DNA of 58,924 nucleotides, filler included, from Candidatus Hydrogenedentota bacterium (GTDB taxonomy: Bacteria > JBFMHD01), in assembly GCA_040752395.1 (NCBI GenBank). It is 4 parts of 4 records of this genome, joined end to end, with 100 filler letters (N's around TTAATTAATTAA, not from the genome) between each part and the next. Parts side by side here need not be neighbours in the genome. Positions count along the whole stretch, not along the records: positions 45,074 to 58,924 come from JBFMHD010000060.1; 3 more parts are not named here. One strand, given 5' to 3'. Positions within the stretch are counted from its first letter, which is position 1. Each line of letters begins with the position of its first letter. The translations under genes and the position numbers were made by a program. Under the pieces are notes generated by a model. It was given only the letters and a program-made list of their open reading frames with translations, did not search any database and had not been told where the DNA came from. This document shows, piece by piece, positions 57,940-58,924 of this stretch.

Positions 57940-58822
57940 ATACATTCCTTTTTTTATCCTTTGCTATATATTTTCAAGATTACCAGATAATTATAGGATA
58001 AAAGTATCATCTTTTCTAGGTAATCTATTTTATATTATACTTCCTCTAAGGAAAAACGTTGCTGTTAAAAATATTAATAAAGTATTTCCAGATAAAGATA
58101 ATAAGTTAAAAAAAAATATTTTAAGAGATACTTATAAACATTTTGCTTTGTTTTTCTCTCAATTCGCATATTTAAGCCTTAATCCCGAGTTACTACCTGA
58201 AATCGTTGACGGTACTGAAGTAGAAAAGATTGAAAGGATTTATTCTGGAAATAATTCATTGATAATTGTTACAGGTCACATTGGAGTCTGGGAGATAGGC
58301 GGTTTATATTTAAACATCAGAGGACTGCCCGTAACTATTTTAGTAAAAAGACAGAAAAACAGCTATGTCGCTTCTAAACTTGATAAGCTGAGATGGACCC
58401 AAGAGGTTGATGTGTTAAATAGGGGTGATGGATTAAGACAGCTCGTTAAATCAGTTAAAGAAAATAAAATACCTGTAATGGTAGGCGACCAGGATGGTGG
58501 CACCGGCGGTGAGATGATACCTTTTTTTAATAAGGAAGCCTCGATGACAAAAGGGTTCGCTGTTTTGTCATATAAATATAAGATACCGGTTATCCCTGTC
58601 TTTGCTGTTGTAAACTGGCTACCGGGGACTAAAGACTACAAAATAAAAATGATAGTAGATGAACCCATTCAGCCTGATTTTAAGCTACCCAAGGAAGAAT
58701 TTGTGAAGAGTATTCTTCTTAATTATAATAAAGTTCTCGAAAAGATGATAAACAGGTATCCTGACCAGTATTTCTGGTTTCATAAACGATGGAAGACAGT
58801 CTCTCCAGAGTTATATAAATAA
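57905..58822 (+). CDS. Lipid A late acyltransferase (LpxL/HtrB family)
   Basis: GHIGVWE, GDQD, PDQYFWFHKRWK. Confidence 0.9.
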   Translation: MKFFERLKFVIEYIPFFILCYIFSRLPDNYRIKVSSFLGNLFYIILPLRKNVAVKNINKVFPDKDNKLKKNILRDTYKHFALFFSQFAYLSLNPELLPEIVDGTEVEKIERIYSGNNSLIIVTGHIGVWEIGGLYLNIRGLPVTILVKRQKNSYVASKLDKLRWTQEVDVLNRGDGLRQLVKSVKENKIPVMVGDQDGGTGGEMIPFFNKEASMTKGFAVLSYKYKIPVIPVFAVVNWLPGTKDYKIKMIVDEPIQPDFKLPKEEFVKSILLNYNKVLEKMINRYPDQYFWFHKRWKTVSPELYK

Positions 58823-58855
58823 TGAAAATATTCTCCCGATCCTCAAGTTTTTAAG

Positions 58856-58924
58856 CTTGCTTCTTGCTTCTTGCTTCTTTCGTTATCTTTCTTTCCGTTA
58901 TCTTGCTTCTTGCTTCTTGCTTCT
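58856..58924 (+). repeat. (cttcttg)n heptamer module of the repeat family at window end
   Basis: cttgcttcttgcttcttgcttct...ttccgttatcttgcttcttgcttcttgcttct. Confidence 0.9.

Overview
Low-GC, flagellated, LPS-producing (diderm), probably anaerobic bacterium. The window is four unrelated assembly contigs joined by N44-TTAATTAATTAA-N44 linkers (15405-15504, 30781-30880, 44974-45073), so adjacency across linkers means nothing. Contig 1: a HydABC/NuoEFG-like flavin/Fe-S operon with no catalytic metal subunit, coupled to a stand-alone glutamate-synthase FMN protein and a RecA/KaiC-like + PEP/pyruvate-binding protein; then ftsY, a coiled-coil protein, recD2 and an AsmA-like protein. Contig 2: comF, a formyltransferase, flgN-flgK-flgL-fliW-csrA, three short tandem flagellins with long GGA-rich structured leaders, an SSS transporter and namZ. 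Contig 3: mini-MoaD/ThiS, HD-GYP, exbBD, GGDEF and a B12 radical SAM gene; a class A beta-lactamase-like protein; two small two-gene cassettes each bracketed by a long direct duplication of the host gene 3' end; a GT-C protein, moeA, DUF4126 and an O-antigen-ligase/TPR protein. Contig 4: ftsK, coaD, pta, an ABC system, a TPR protein and a lipid A operon. Best leads: (i) recombinase-free TA-like cassettes with 82-bp and 43-bp gene-end duplications, (ii) a putative CsrA-switched terminator/antiterminator in the sigma28 flagellin leader, (iii) a modular heptamer-based intergenic repeat family that supplies the Shine-Dalgarno of several genes, (iv) the candidate electron-bifurcating glutamate-synthase-like complex. 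All family calls come from reading motifs by eye; no database search was run.
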